A stretch of DNA of 64,000 bases from an uncultured Bacteroidales bacterium (GCA_964388575.1 CAYMAZ010000011.1:1141-65140), one strand, 5' to 3'. Counted from the stretch's first letter, positions 20,618-29,821 are shown. Numbers and translations are program-made. Notes: a model not told the origin generated them from the letters alone.

Positions 20618-21424
20618 TTATGGTTTATAGTATTTCATTGCTTTTGGCAGAAATTTTCTCATTTCATCAATTCTGTTCTGATGATGCGGATGTGTACTTA
20701 AAAATTGCGGAATCTGAACTCCTGATGCATGTGATTCCATTCTTTCCCAGAATTTGATTGCTTCTTCGGGGTGATAACCTGCAAGAGCCATGAATACCAT
20801 GCCTATTTTGTCTGCTTCATACTCGTGTTTTCTGGAGTATGCCAGACTTCCAAGTTCACCACCTATCCCATAGACTGCAAGAAACAGGTTTCTTGTTTCT
20901 TCAGGCTTTTCATTCATCGCAACAGCAAGGGTAATCCCACCGAGATACAAGGCTAGCTGTTGACTCATTCTTTCATTACCATGGCGAGCCACTGCATGAG
21001 CCATTTCATGTCCCATAATGACTGCAATCCCTGCATCATTCTGAACAAGTGGCATAATTCCAGAATAAAAAACAATCTTCCCGCCAGGCATACACCATGC
21101 ATTTACCTGCGAATTATTGACCAACTCAAAATTCCAGGCAAAATTTCTTTTAATTTTTTTAAATCCGTTACTTACCAAATAATAATCAACCGTTTGTGAC
21201 ATTTTCTGACCGACCTGTTTCACACGTGATGCATCTGCATTGGATGGAGGCATCGGCGGATACTGTTTAAGAAAATCATTGTATGACGTAATACTTAAGC
21301 TCAGCAGCATGCTTTCCGGTAACATTCTGAACTGTCTTCTGCCGGTCACAGGAACCTTATGACATGCCGGTATGATCAGAAGTAAAATGAAGATTGAAAC
21401 AATAAATCTTTTCATAATGATCAC
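20618..21424 (-). CDS. M48-family zinc metallopeptidase (lipoprotein)
   Basis: HEMAHAVARH (HExxH) plus a downstream E..EADKIG motif. Signal/lipobox ..LLLIIPAC. Confidence 0.85.
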   Translation of the reverse strand: MIIMKRFIVSIFILLLIIPACHKVPVTGRRQFRMLPESMLLSLSITSYNDFLKQYPPMPPSNADASRVKQVGQKMSQTVDYYLVSNGFKKIKRNFAWNFELVNNSQVNAWCMPGGKIVFYSGIMPLVQNDAGIAVIMGHEMAHAVARHGNERMSQQLALYLGGITLAVAMNEKPEETRNLFLAVYGIGGELGSLAYSRKHEYEADKIGMVFMALAGYHPEEAIKFWERMESHASGVQIPQFLSTHPHHQNRIDEMRKFLPKAMKYYKP

Positions 21425-21430
21425 TTTGAA

Positions 21431-21703
21431 TTATTCAATACTGACGGTTATACTCCTGAATGTAAGTTCTTTATGGGTTGCCATTAATTCTTTGAACGTC
21501 CCTTCCATTATTTCGCAGAATCCTTTGTAATGTGCAATCAGAGCACATTGCTCTGCCTGAACGGGATCATGACCAGCGACATCTATCAATGAATTGACAA
21601 TGAAATCAAAATGATTGAAATTGTCATTGTGAAGAACAAGTTTTTTTACTGCATCAGAATTATCAGAATGACATTCATCCAATCTGATTTTTTCTTTAAC
21701 CAT
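21431..21703 (-). CDS. clpS: ATP-dependent Clp protease adaptor ClpS
   Basis: VLHNDNFNHFDFIVNSLIDVAGHDPVQAEQCALIAHYKG matches the ClpS core. Length 90 aa. Confidence 0.9.
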   Translation of the reverse strand: MVKEKIRLDECHSDNSDAVKKLVLHNDNFNHFDFIVNSLIDVAGHDPVQAEQCALIAHYKGFCEIMEGTFKELMATHKELTFRSITVSIE

Positions 21704-21722
21704 ACTCCCAAAACATTTTTTT

Positions 21723-21730
21723 CAAAATTA
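21723..21730 (-). promoter_or_regulatory. Candidate -7 box TAATTTTG for clpS
   Basis: The minus strand reads TAATTTTG about 20 nt upstream of the clpS ATG (21703). Confidence 0.4.
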
Positions 21731-21736
21731 AAAAAA

Positions 21737-21794
21737 ATTACTGAATTTCGACCCGGAAACTTTATGAAATTTGTAAATCATTAAATTCAGTAAT
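21737..21794. promoter_or_regulatory. Perfect 12-bp inverted repeat in the clpS / nuoE-like divergent control region
   Basis: ATTACTGAATTT (21737-21748) and AAATTCAGTAAT (21783-21794) are exact reverse complements separated by 34 nt. A second 8-bp inverted repeat, ATTTACGA/TCGTAAAT, lies at 21802-21827. Confidence 0.3.
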
Positions 21795-21956
21795 TCGCGT
21801 AATTTACGATGGTAAAATTTCGTAAATAGAAATCACAAACAGCTCATTATATGTGTTTTAAAAATTATTATGCTAATTTGTATTAAATTAAAATTAATAA
21901 ATTAAATCTTTTGAGACTAAAAAAAATATATTTTCGCTTCTGTAAAAAATAATAAT

Positions 21957-22505
21957 ATGAGGATTGCAAGAATATCCAATCAAAAAGAGAATGGTTCTGC
22001 GGAAGAAGATTATCTTCAGGTCAGAGAGAAAATTCAAAAATTTATACACAAAAGGGGAGCAACGATACCTGTATTACAAACCATTCAGGAAGTTTACGGT
22101 TATCTTCCAGGAAACGTGCTGCGTTGTGCAGCTGATGATCTCGGACTTCCGCTGAGTGATATGTATGGAGTTGCAACATTTTACGCACAGTTCAGATTTT
22201 CTCCTGTCGGGAAGTACATCATCAAAGTGTGTCATGGGACAGCATGTCATGTGCAGAATGCCAATTCAATTACCGAAGCACTGGAAGAAGTCCTTGATGT
22301 CAAAGACGGAGAAACAACAGAAGATGGGTTGTTTACACTTGAGTCAGTCGCATGTCTTGGATGTTGCTCTCTTGCTCCGGTCATGATGATCAGCAACAAC
22401 ACATACGGCAAGTTGACAGCCTCCTCATGCGGAAAAATTATTAAAGATATCAGAGCTCAGGAAAAAGAAATAATTCAATCAGATAATACTGAAAATCATG
22501 GGTAA
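21957..22505 (+). CDS. NuoE/HydC-like [2Fe-2S] thioredoxin-fold subunit of an NADH-dependent flavin/Fe-S complex
   Basis: ..LPVLQTIQEVYGYLP...VCHGTACHV....LESVACLGCCSLAPVMMI shows the four-Cys NuoE pattern. Overlaps the next gene by 8 nt. Confidence 0.85.
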   Translation: MRIARISNQKENGSAEEDYLQVREKIQKFIHKRGATIPVLQTIQEVYGYLPGNVLRCAADDLGLPLSDMYGVATFYAQFRFSPVGKYIIKVCHGTACHVQNANSITEALEEVLDVKDGETTEDGLFTLESVACLGCCSLAPVMMISNNTYGKLTASSCGKIIKDIRAQEKEIIQSDNTENHG

Positions 22506-24276
22506 TACAAAAATTCTGGTCGGTTATGCCAGTTGCGGGATTGCTGCCGGGGCCAATAAAGTATACAAAGCATTTGAAAGTATTCTGCAGGATGAACATT
22601 CTGATGCGGAATTGAAACAAACAGGATGTGTCGGAATGTGCTACAGAGAACCTCTTGTTGAAATTATTGACGATACCGGTGCATATCTGTACGGCGGCGT
22701 TGACGAGGAAAAAGCACTCGAAATTTACACCAAACACGTAAAGCTTCATGAACCGGTTAAAAACTATCTGGTTAAAACCGATTTATTTGAAACCGAAGAT
22801 GAAAATTTTTTCAGAAGGCAAATTAAAATTGCACTCCGAAACTGTGGAAAAATTGATCCTGAAAGAATTGAAGAGTATATTGACGAAGGGGGCTATTCCG
22901 CTGTTAAAAAAATCCTTTCAGATAAACTTTCGCAGGAAACAGTCATTCAGGTGGTGCTTGATTCAGGGTTAAGAGGCAGAGGCGGCGGTGGCTTCCCAAC
23001 CGGTTTAAAATGGAAGTTTGCTTATAATAGCTCCGGAAACAACAAATATGTCATTTGTAATGCAGACGAGGGTGACCCGGGGGCTTTCATGGACAGAAGC
23101 CTGCTCGAAGGCGACCCTCATGCAGTGATTGAAGGGATGATCATTGGGGCATATGCCATCGGAGCAAATGAAGGTGTCATTTATTGTCGCGCCGAGTATC
23201 CGCTTGCAATAAAACGACTCAACATCGCACTGGCTCAGGCACGAGAAAAGGGATTCCTTGGAAAAAACATTTTCGGTAAAGAAGGATTCAATTTTGACAT
23301 GTATGTGAAGGAAGGTGCTGGCGCTTTTGTTTGTGGTGAAGAAACTGCTCTAATCGCTTCAATTGAAGGAGAACGCGGAATGCCCAGAAGAAGACCACCT
23401 TTTCCTGCTGTTTCAGGCTTATACAAAAAACCCACAAACATCAATAATGTTGAAACCTGGGCAAATGTTCCGTGGATTATTCGCAACGGTGCTGAAAAAT
23501 ATGCTCAGTACGGAACCGAGAAAAGTAAAGGAACCAAGGTTTTTGCACTTGCGGGAAAAATTAATCACGGTGGACTGGTAGAAGTCCCTATGGGAATCAC
23601 AATTCACGATATCATTTTTGAACTGGGCGGAGGAATTCAGGGAGGCAAACAATTCAAAGCAGTCCAGCTGGGTGGTCCTTCCGGTGGATGTATTCCCGCG
23701 TATCTGAGCAATACCATCGTCGACTATGACTCAGTCAATGCCACTGGAGCCATCATGGGCTCAGGCGGAATGGTGGTTATGGACGAAACAACCTGTATGG
23801 TGGACATGGCAAAATTCTTTCTGGATTTTACGCAAAAAGAATCATGCGGAAAATGTACATTTTGTCGGATCGGTACAAAACGAATGCTCGAAATACTTGT
23901 AAGAATCACTGAAGGAAACGGCAAAGAAGAAGATATTGACATGCTGGAAGAGTTGGCTCAGAATATAAAAGATAATTCGTTGTGTGGGCTTGGACAAACA
24001 GCACCAAATCCAGTTCTGACCACTTTGAAATACTTCAGGGATGAATATATTGCTCACATTGTAGAAAAAAGATGCCCTGCAAAAGTCTGCAAACCTTTGC
24101 TGACCTATACTGTTATTCCTGAGAAATGTACAGGATGTACAGTATGTGCTAAAAACTGTCCTTCAAACTGCATCAGCGGATCAAGAAAAGAAATCCATTT
24201 CATAAACCAGGAATCGTGTATCAAATGTGGAATGTGTTTCACAAAATGCAAATTTGATGCAATCCATATTGAATAA
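22498..24276 (+). CDS. NuoF/HydB-like FMN- and NADH-binding subunit with N-terminal thioredoxin-like Fe-S domain and C-terminal 2x[4Fe-4S] ferredoxin domain
   Basis: GLRGRGGGGFPTGLKWKF (FMN/NADH site). ESCGKCTFCRIG (N3-type cluster). C-terminal CTGCTVCAKNCP and CIKCGMCFTKC motifs. N-terminal ..SCGIAAGA...GCVGMCYREPLV. Confidence 0.9.
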   Translation: MGNTKILVGYASCGIAAGANKVYKAFESILQDEHSDAELKQTGCVGMCYREPLVEIIDDTGAYLYGGVDEEKALEIYTKHVKLHEPVKNYLVKTDLFETEDENFFRRQIKIALRNCGKIDPERIEEYIDEGGYSAVKKILSDKLSQETVIQVVLDSGLRGRGGGGFPTGLKWKFAYNSSGNNKYVICNADEGDPGAFMDRSLLEGDPHAVIEGMIIGAYAIGANEGVIYCRAEYPLAIKRLNIALAQAREKGFLGKNIFGKEGFNFDMYVKEGAGAFVCGEETALIASIEGERGMPRRRPPFPAVSGLYKKPTNINNVETWANVPWIIRNGAEKYAQYGTEKSKGTKVFALAGKINHGGLVEVPMGITIHDIIFELGGGIQGGKQFKAVQLGGPSGGCIPAYLSNTIVDYDSVNATGAIMGSGGMVVMDETTCMVDMAKFFLDFTQKESCGKCTFCRIGTKRMLEILVRITEGNGKEEDIDMLEELAQNIKDNSLCGLGQTAPNPVLTTLKYFRDEYIAHIVEKRCPAKVCKPLLTYTVIPEKCTGCTVCAKNCPSNCISGSRKEIHFINQESCIKCGMCFTKCKFDAIHIE

Positions 24277-24293
24277 ATAATATTTCCATCTCA

Positions 24294-27200
24294 ATGAATA
24301 AAATAAATGTAATATTAAACGGAAAGCCTGTTGTTGGTTTTGAAGGGGAATCAATCCTTGAGCTTGCAAAGCGCAATGGATATGAAATCCCGACATTATG
24401 CCATGACCCGAGAATTGAACCGTTCTCTTCGTGTTTTGTCTGTGTTGTTCAGGTTGAAAAAATGAAGGGAATGCAACCTTCCTGTTCAACAAAAATTACT
24501 GAAGGAATGATCATTGACAGTGAGAGTGATCAGGTGAAAAAAGCACGCAAATCCGCTCTTGACTTATTACTGAGCAATCACTATGCAGACTGTGTTGCTC
24601 CCTGTAAACAAACTTGCCCGGCCGGTGTGGATGTTCAGGGCTATATTTCACTGATTGAAAAAGGATTGTATTCGGAAGCCATCGGTTTAATCAAACAAAC
24701 GAATCCACTGCCTGCTATCTGCGGACGTGTGTGTGTTCGTCCCTGTGAGGCAGCCTGCCGGCGCAATCTGCTTGACGAACAAACCGGGGTTGGTATAGAT
24801 TACCTGAAACGCTTTGCTGCAGATCAGGACCTGGCTTCTGACAATCATTACAAACCAGAAGTGGCTCCCTCAACAGGGAAAAAAATCGCAATCATCGGCG
24901 GAGGCCCTGGCGGTTTGTCTGCAGCATATTTTTTGCAGCAAAAGGGGCATCAGTGTGACATTTATGAAGTAGCACCTGCTGTGGGCGGCTGGCTCAGATA
25001 CGGAATTCCCGAATATCGTTTGCCAAATGACCTGATTGAAAAAGAAGTGTCAACCATCACCGAACTTGGAGTTCAGATTTTCTGCAACAGAAAACTCGGA
25101 GGAAATATCAGTTATAAAGATCTTCGTGAACAATATGATGCAACGATCATTACTGTGGGATCACAAAAAGGCACACTTGTCGGTGTTGATGGTGATGATG
25201 CAGAAAATGTTTTCTCAGGGATAGAGTTTTTAAGGAATATGGCCATCACCGGACAGGTGTACGACTTCAAAGGGAAAACGATTGCTGTTGTCGGAGGTGG
25301 AAATACTGCCATGGATTGTTGCCGCACGTCCATTCGCTGTGGGGCAGAGAAAGTATATGTCATTTACAGGCGCACAGAAAAGGAAATGCCTGCAAATCCA
25401 ATTGAAATACACGAATCAAAACTTGAAGGTGTGGAATATATGTTTCTCACAAATCCCACCAGGGTGAATAAAGATGAAAACGGCAGACTGAAGTCGGTCA
25501 CCTGCATCAAGATGGAACTGGGTGAACCCGACAGTTCAGGACGCAGAAGGCCTGTCCCCAAGGAAGGATCTGAACATGATATTGAACTGGATTATTTGCT
25601 GGCAGCTATCGGACAAAAAACTGATGTGAGTTTTATTAACGACATCAATGAATTTGCAAAAGCAGGCGAATTTAAAATCAACAAATGGGGTGATGTCGAA
25701 GTCAATCCGAATACTTTTGAAACAGGAATTCCGGGAGTTTTTTCAGCCGGAGATTGTGTTTCAGGACCCGCAACAGTCATTGAAGCAATTTATCAGGCTC
25801 GCATTGCATCACAAAGCTGTCATCAATTTCTGACCGGACAACCGGTTGAAAACAAAAACTTCGAATTTATCAGCAGAAAGCATCATTTTAAAGAACAGAT
25901 AAAGGAAGAATATGCCCCCTATTTCAAAAAGCAAATGCGCGAAGAGATGCCTGTTCTTGATCCCGGCAAACGCATGAACTTTGATGAAGTTGAACTTGGT
26001 TATGCAGGTGATGAAGTTGCAAAACACGAAACAGGAAGGTGTCTTGAATGTGGCTGTTCAGCTTATTACACCTGTAATCTCAAAAAATTTGCTACTGAAT
26101 ATCAGGCTGACCAAAAGCATTTTGCAGGGGATTTCAAGGAATATCATGTTGATTTTTCACATCCGTTTATTGAGATTGATAACAACAAATGTATTTTGTG
26201 CGGCCGGTGCATCAGGATCTGTCGTGAAGTTGTCGGGGCAAATGCACTTGGATTTATCAACAGGGGATTTGACACATTTGTGGCCCCAGCCATGGAGTTA
26301 CCACTGACAGAAACAACATGTGAAAGCTGCGGAATGTGCATCTCCACATGTCCTACGGCTGCTTTGTCCGAAAACAAAGACTTTAAGCCCGGACCCGTGA
26401 AAACTGAATCATTTAAAGCCGTGTGCAATTTCTGTTCAGTTGGATGCGAAGTCGAATATCATCATGTGAACGGATTCATCATGGGAGCAGAAGGCTCAAA
26501 GGGACTTGTCAATAAAGACGGAAATATCTGCCGCTTTCCGAGGTTCGGCTATCGTCTCTTTAACAGAGATAACAGGATTACAAAGCCAATGGCAAAGAAA
26601 CAAGGCAATCTGGTTGAAATTTCGTGGGATGAAGCTTTTGATCTGATCCGCTCCCGCATTCAGTTTGTACTGCCGGATGAAAATGCATTTTTTGCAGGAG
26701 CACGACTGAGCAATGAAGAGATGTACCTGGTTCAGAAATTTGCACGCGCCGCAGTGAAGACAAATAATGTTGCCAGCTTCCAGTACCTAGAAAGAGGAAA
26801 AGGATATCATGCCACCACATTAAAAAATGTTCCGTTTGATCAGATCGCCGGTGCAAAACGTGTTGTATTGTTCGGTTCTGAAATCAACCGTGAAAATGCA
26901 GTTGTGAGTTTTATGATCCAGAATTCTGTACATAAATTCGGAACCAGGCTTGAAATCATCACAACCTGCAATGAAACACTGATGGATCATAAAGCCGGTC
27001 ATATTCTCAGAATTTCGTCATATCATTCTTTCATGCAGGCCGCAAACCACTATCTGATCAGCAACAAGCTGCACAATATGATGTTCATTACTGAAAGAAC
27101 CGAAGGATTTGAAGACTACAAAAACGAACTGTTACAGAAAAATTATCAGGATCTGCTTGATCATGCCGGAACAACAAAAGCTGAACTTGAACAATTTGTC

Positions 27201-27983
27201 AGCAACTTCAACAATGATCACGAATCAATACTGGTCTATGCCGAACGTAATGTTGATGCGAATACCGCTTTTGAGATCGCAGCATTCGGGATGCTGACCG
27301 GAAAAACAGGAAAAAAGTCTGCAGGAATTATTGCGATGAAAGAAAGTAATAATTCGCACGGACTGTTTGACATGGGCATTTGCCCGAAAACCGGACCCGG
27401 CGGACAATCGCTGACGGATGAAGTGTATATCGAAAACCTGAAGAAAATATGGGAAGTTGATGAAATTCCAGTAATTAAAGACTACAGTCTTGTGGAGAAA
27501 ATGAAAACCTACCAGATCAAAAATTTGTTCATTTTCGGCGAAGACCCGGTAGGATGTGCTGACGACGGGCAGGAAACCAATGAATTATTGTTCAATTCAT
27601 CATTTATCTGTGTTCAGGATGTGTTCCTTTCAGCCACTGCAAAAACTGCTGACCTTGTCCTTCCAATGAACCTGCCGTTTGAGGAAGGCGGAACATACAC
27701 AAACACACAAAAATTTGTGCAGAGTTTTGAGTCTCAGCTGAAATCACCAAACCTGAAAAGTAATTTCGGTGTACTCAATGAACTGATGAAATTATCCGGT
27801 TTAAAAACCTATGAATCATGGCATAGTGTCAGCGATGAGATTGCATCTGTTCTTCCCGGACAGGAGATTGATCCTGAATTTAACTTTACTGAAAAGGAAA
27901 AATATGCACGTCGCTTCAATCATGGATGCGATGACATTAAAAGAATGTATTGTGAATTTTTCACTTCCTGTATACAGAAATAA
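24294..27983 (+). CDS. 1229-aa fusion: 2Fe-2S ferredoxin + GltD/NfnB-like NAD(P)H flavoprotein + NuoG-type Fe-S domains + degenerate molybdopterin-oxidoreductase-like domain
   Basis: N-terminus CHDPRIEPFSSCFVCVVQV..PSC (2Fe-2S). CKQTCPAGVD..ICGRVCVRPCEAAC (GltD-type clusters). KKIAIIGGGPGGLSAAYFL and TIAVVGGGNTAMDC (two Rossmann GxGxxG sites). HETGRCLECGC, CILCGRCIRIC and CESCGMCISTCP (NuoG-type clusters). CNFCSVGCEV..x28..C (molybdopterin-type 4Fe-4S). The remainder is a ~520-aa Fdh/NuoG-like domain. Confidence 0.85.
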   Translation: MNKINVILNGKPVVGFEGESILELAKRNGYEIPTLCHDPRIEPFSSCFVCVVQVEKMKGMQPSCSTKITEGMIIDSESDQVKKARKSALDLLLSNHYADCVAPCKQTCPAGVDVQGYISLIEKGLYSEAIGLIKQTNPLPAICGRVCVRPCEAACRRNLLDEQTGVGIDYLKRFAADQDLASDNHYKPEVAPSTGKKIAIIGGGPGGLSAAYFLQQKGHQCDIYEVAPAVGGWLRYGIPEYRLPNDLIEKEVSTITELGVQIFCNRKLGGNISYKDLREQYDATIITVGSQKGTLVGVDGDDAENVFSGIEFLRNMAITGQVYDFKGKTIAVVGGGNTAMDCCRTSIRCGAEKVYVIYRRTEKEMPANPIEIHESKLEGVEYMFLTNPTRVNKDENGRLKSVTCIKMELGEPDSSGRRRPVPKEGSEHDIELDYLLAAIGQKTDVSFINDINEFAKAGEFKINKWGDVEVNPNTFETGIPGVFSAGDCVSGPATVIEAIYQARIASQSCHQFLTGQPVENKNFEFISRKHHFKEQIKEEYAPYFKKQMREEMPVLDPGKRMNFDEVELGYAGDEVAKHETGRCLECGCSAYYTCNLKKFATEYQADQKHFAGDFKEYHVDFSHPFIEIDNNKCILCGRCIRICREVVGANALGFINRGFDTFVAPAMELPLTETTCESCGMCISTCPTAALSENKDFKPGPVKTESFKAVCNFCSVGCEVEYHHVNGFIMGAEGSKGLVNKDGNICRFPRFGYRLFNRDNRITKPMAKKQGNLVEISWDEAFDLIRSRIQFVLPDENAFFAGARLSNEEMYLVQKFARAAVKTNNVASFQYLERGKGYHATTLKNVPFDQIAGAKRVVLFGSEINRENAVVSFMIQNSVHKFGTRLEIITTCNETLMDHKAGHILRISSYHSFMQAANHYLISNKLHNMMFITERTEGFEDYKNELLQKNYQDLLDHAGTTKAELEQFVSNFNNDHESILVYAERNVDANTAFEIAAFGMLTGKTGKKSAGIIAMKESNNSHGLFDMGICPKTGPGGQSLTDEVYIENLKKIWEVDEIPVIKDYSLVEKMKTYQIKNLFIFGEDPVGCADDGQETNELLFNSSFICVQDVFLSATAKTADLVLPMNLPFEEGGTYTNTQKFVQSFESQLKSPNLKSNFGVLNELMKLSGLKTYESWHSVSDEIASVLPGQEIDPEFNFTEKEKYARRFNHGCDDIKRMYCEFFTSCIQK

Positions 27984-28000
27984 TTAAAAAGGAGGAATGT

Positions 28001-28456
28001 ATGAAAGTCTTTCAAAATGTAAATGAAATTCTTGTTTTTGCCATGGAGCAGGAACAAAAGGCTGTTGAGTTTTACACACAGCTGGCAGCTGATGCTAAAA
28101 CCGAAGACATGCGTAAGATATTTGAAGATTTTGCAAAAGAAGAAATCAGTCACAAAGCCCGGTTAAAGCAAATTCAGCAGGACGGCATCATGACACTTAC
28201 CGAAGAAAATGTACAGGATCTTAAAATTTCTGATTATAATGTCCCTGAGGAACCCTCGGCTGACATGACCTATTCAGAAGCAATGAAACTTGCCATGTCA
28301 AAAGAAAAAGCTGCATTCAAACTCTACACAGCACTGGCTGATCGTGTTGAAAACAAAGAACTTCAAAAGATTTTTCAGTTGCTTGCAATTGAAGAATCAA
28401 AGCATAAACTGAGATTCGAAATCGAATACGATGAATTTGTACTGAGAGAAAACTGA
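28001..28456 (+). CDS. Rubrerythrin-like / ferritin-like diiron four-helix-bundle protein (no rubredoxin domain)
   Basis: Two E...ExxH pairs (EQKAVEFY...EEISHKARL; EKAAFKLY...EESKHKLRFE). 151 aa. Starts 18 nt after the fusion gene. Confidence 0.7.
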   Translation: MKVFQNVNEILVFAMEQEQKAVEFYTQLAADAKTEDMRKIFEDFAKEEISHKARLKQIQQDGIMTLTEENVQDLKISDYNVPEEPSADMTYSEAMKLAMSKEKAAFKLYTALADRVENKELQKIFQLLAIEESKHKLRFEIEYDEFVLREN

Positions 28457-28674
28457 TTGCATTCAGATTTTCAATAAAATATTTGCTCCTCAGATTCCTG
28501 TTCAGTGTAAAAATTTATGTGACAAAAAAACATTCTATCACTTTGCATGATATACATAACAACAGCCGAAGTCTGTCTGTAAGCAAGCTTTTCAAATTAT
28601 GCATCCGGAACAATGTTATGGCTTTTGCAGAATAAAAAAAGTTTTCAATAATTTTTTGATTGGCGAACTTTCTA

Positions 28675-28879
28675 CAATACAAAAGGCGTCATCTTCAGAT
28701 AAAAATCAACTGTGTTGATTTTTTATTGTCTTGAGACAGCTGCGATGAAATCTTGATTTTTGAGTAATTGTCTCAAAACAACAGAACGCCTTTTGTATTG
28801 CCACACTCTCATTATTCGTGGTATTTGTGAAATTCGTGGCTGAAAAAACGTGCGTTTTGAACCTAATAAGCAATTACAA
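28675..28879 (+). repeat. Structured intergenic repeat, copy A (nested-hairpin element 28675-28800 plus conserved TCGTGG/TTTGTGAAA tail)
   Basis: A 15-bp closing stem, CAATACAAAAGGCGT (28675-28689) / ACGCCTTTTGTATTG (28786-28800), encloses a 10-bp hairpin (28701-28723) and an 8-bp hairpin (28731-28738 / 28769-28776). The tail, from about 28801 to 28879, recurs at 33292-33371. Confidence 0.6.
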
Positions 28880-28941
28880 TTTTAGTGTTTTGGTGGCAAT
28901 AATTTCAGAAAATTTTAACCGGACATTCATGATTTAATTTT

Positions 28942-28949
28942 TATTTTTG
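28942..28949 (+). promoter_or_regulatory. Candidate -7 box TATTTTTG
   Basis: TAnnTTTG match 26 nt upstream of the ATG at 28975. Confidence 0.4.
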
Positions 28950-28974
28950 CACCTTAACCAAATAAATCCATAAA

Positions 28975-29478
28975 ATGAAAAAGATCCTACAATTCACGGC
29001 AATTGCAATTTCATTGTTTATTGCTGCATGCGGAGCACCCACAAAAGAAGAAGCGATTGATTACAATGATGAGTTGGTTGCAGACCAGAAAGAAATTCTC
29101 GCTCTTGAAGACAATCTCATTGGCAGTATCGTCGACTGGAAATACGAAAATGCAAAATCCGATCTTGCAGTGTATCAGTCAAAAATTAATGAATACCATA
29201 CAAAATATGAAGACATGAAGTCTTTTGACAAGGAAGATGAATTCCGTCTGGCCATGATTGATTTGTTGAAAGCTCTTAAAGAACAGGCCGAAGGCAACTA
29301 TCCTGAAGTGATTGAATACATCCCGCTTTCTGAAACCATTGACGATCTTGAGGATGAACCATTAATGCAATTGCTTGATATTCTTGATGAAATTGACTTG
29401 AATTCAGATTCTGCAAACGGACAATTTCTGGATGCTCAGAAAAAATTTGCAGACAAATATGAATTACAGTTGCAGTAG
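28975..29478 (+). CDS. Hypothetical acidic lipoprotein
   Basis: Signal plus lipobox (SLFIAAC). Helical, Asp/Glu-rich. No family recognised. Confidence 0.6.
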   Translation: MKKILQFTAIAISLFIAACGAPTKEEAIDYNDELVADQKEILALEDNLIGSIVDWKYENAKSDLAVYQSKINEYHTKYEDMKSFDKEDEFRLAMIDLLKALKEQAEGNYPEVIEYIPLSETIDDLEDEPLMQLLDILDEIDLNSDSANGQFLDAQKKFADKYELQLQ

Positions 29479-29496
29479 TTTGACAAAAATTTCAGC

Positions 29497-29532
29497 AAAC
29501 GGGATGAATTCTGAATTTTTCCCGTTTTTTTT
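29497..29532 (+). terminator. Rho-independent terminator
   Basis: AAACGGG (29497-29503) pairs with CCCGTTT (29521-29527), which runs directly into a T-run. Confidence 0.75.
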
Positions 29533-29582
29533 GTCTTCCGTGTGATGAAAAAAATTGTAATTTCGAAGGATAAAACCTGAAA

Positions 29583-29816
29583 ATGTTGCATATCATTTTT
29601 GTTATTCTGATTGTATATATCATTTACAGATTTGTTGTCAGATTTGCTGTACAGAAAATTTCAGACAATTACCTGAAAAAACAACGCGACAGGTTTTATG
29701 AAGAAAACCCACATCTTTCAAAACCGAAGCCGGAAGAAATATCAACCCAAAACACCGGATTTTCGCTCCGGAAAACAGACAAAAGAAAACGACATTCATT
29801 GATTACAGAAAAATAA
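29583..29816 (+). CDS. Small single-pass membrane protein with basic tail, hypothetical
   Basis: N-terminal TM helix ([17 protein letters not shown]) followed by a Lys/Arg-rich region. The ORF ends 5 nt before the YfhO-like gene. Confidence 0.4.
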   Translation: MLHIIFVILIVYIIYRFVVRFAVQKISDNYLKKQRDRFYEENPHLSKPKPEEISTQNTGFSLRKTDKRKRHSLITEK

Positions 29817-29821
29817 ACCAT

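Noticed and set aside
24294-27983. Possible selenocysteine (TGA recoding) in the formate-dehydrogenase-like region
   Set aside because: The ORF is continuous with no in-frame TGA, and the expected active-site position has neither Cys nor Sec.
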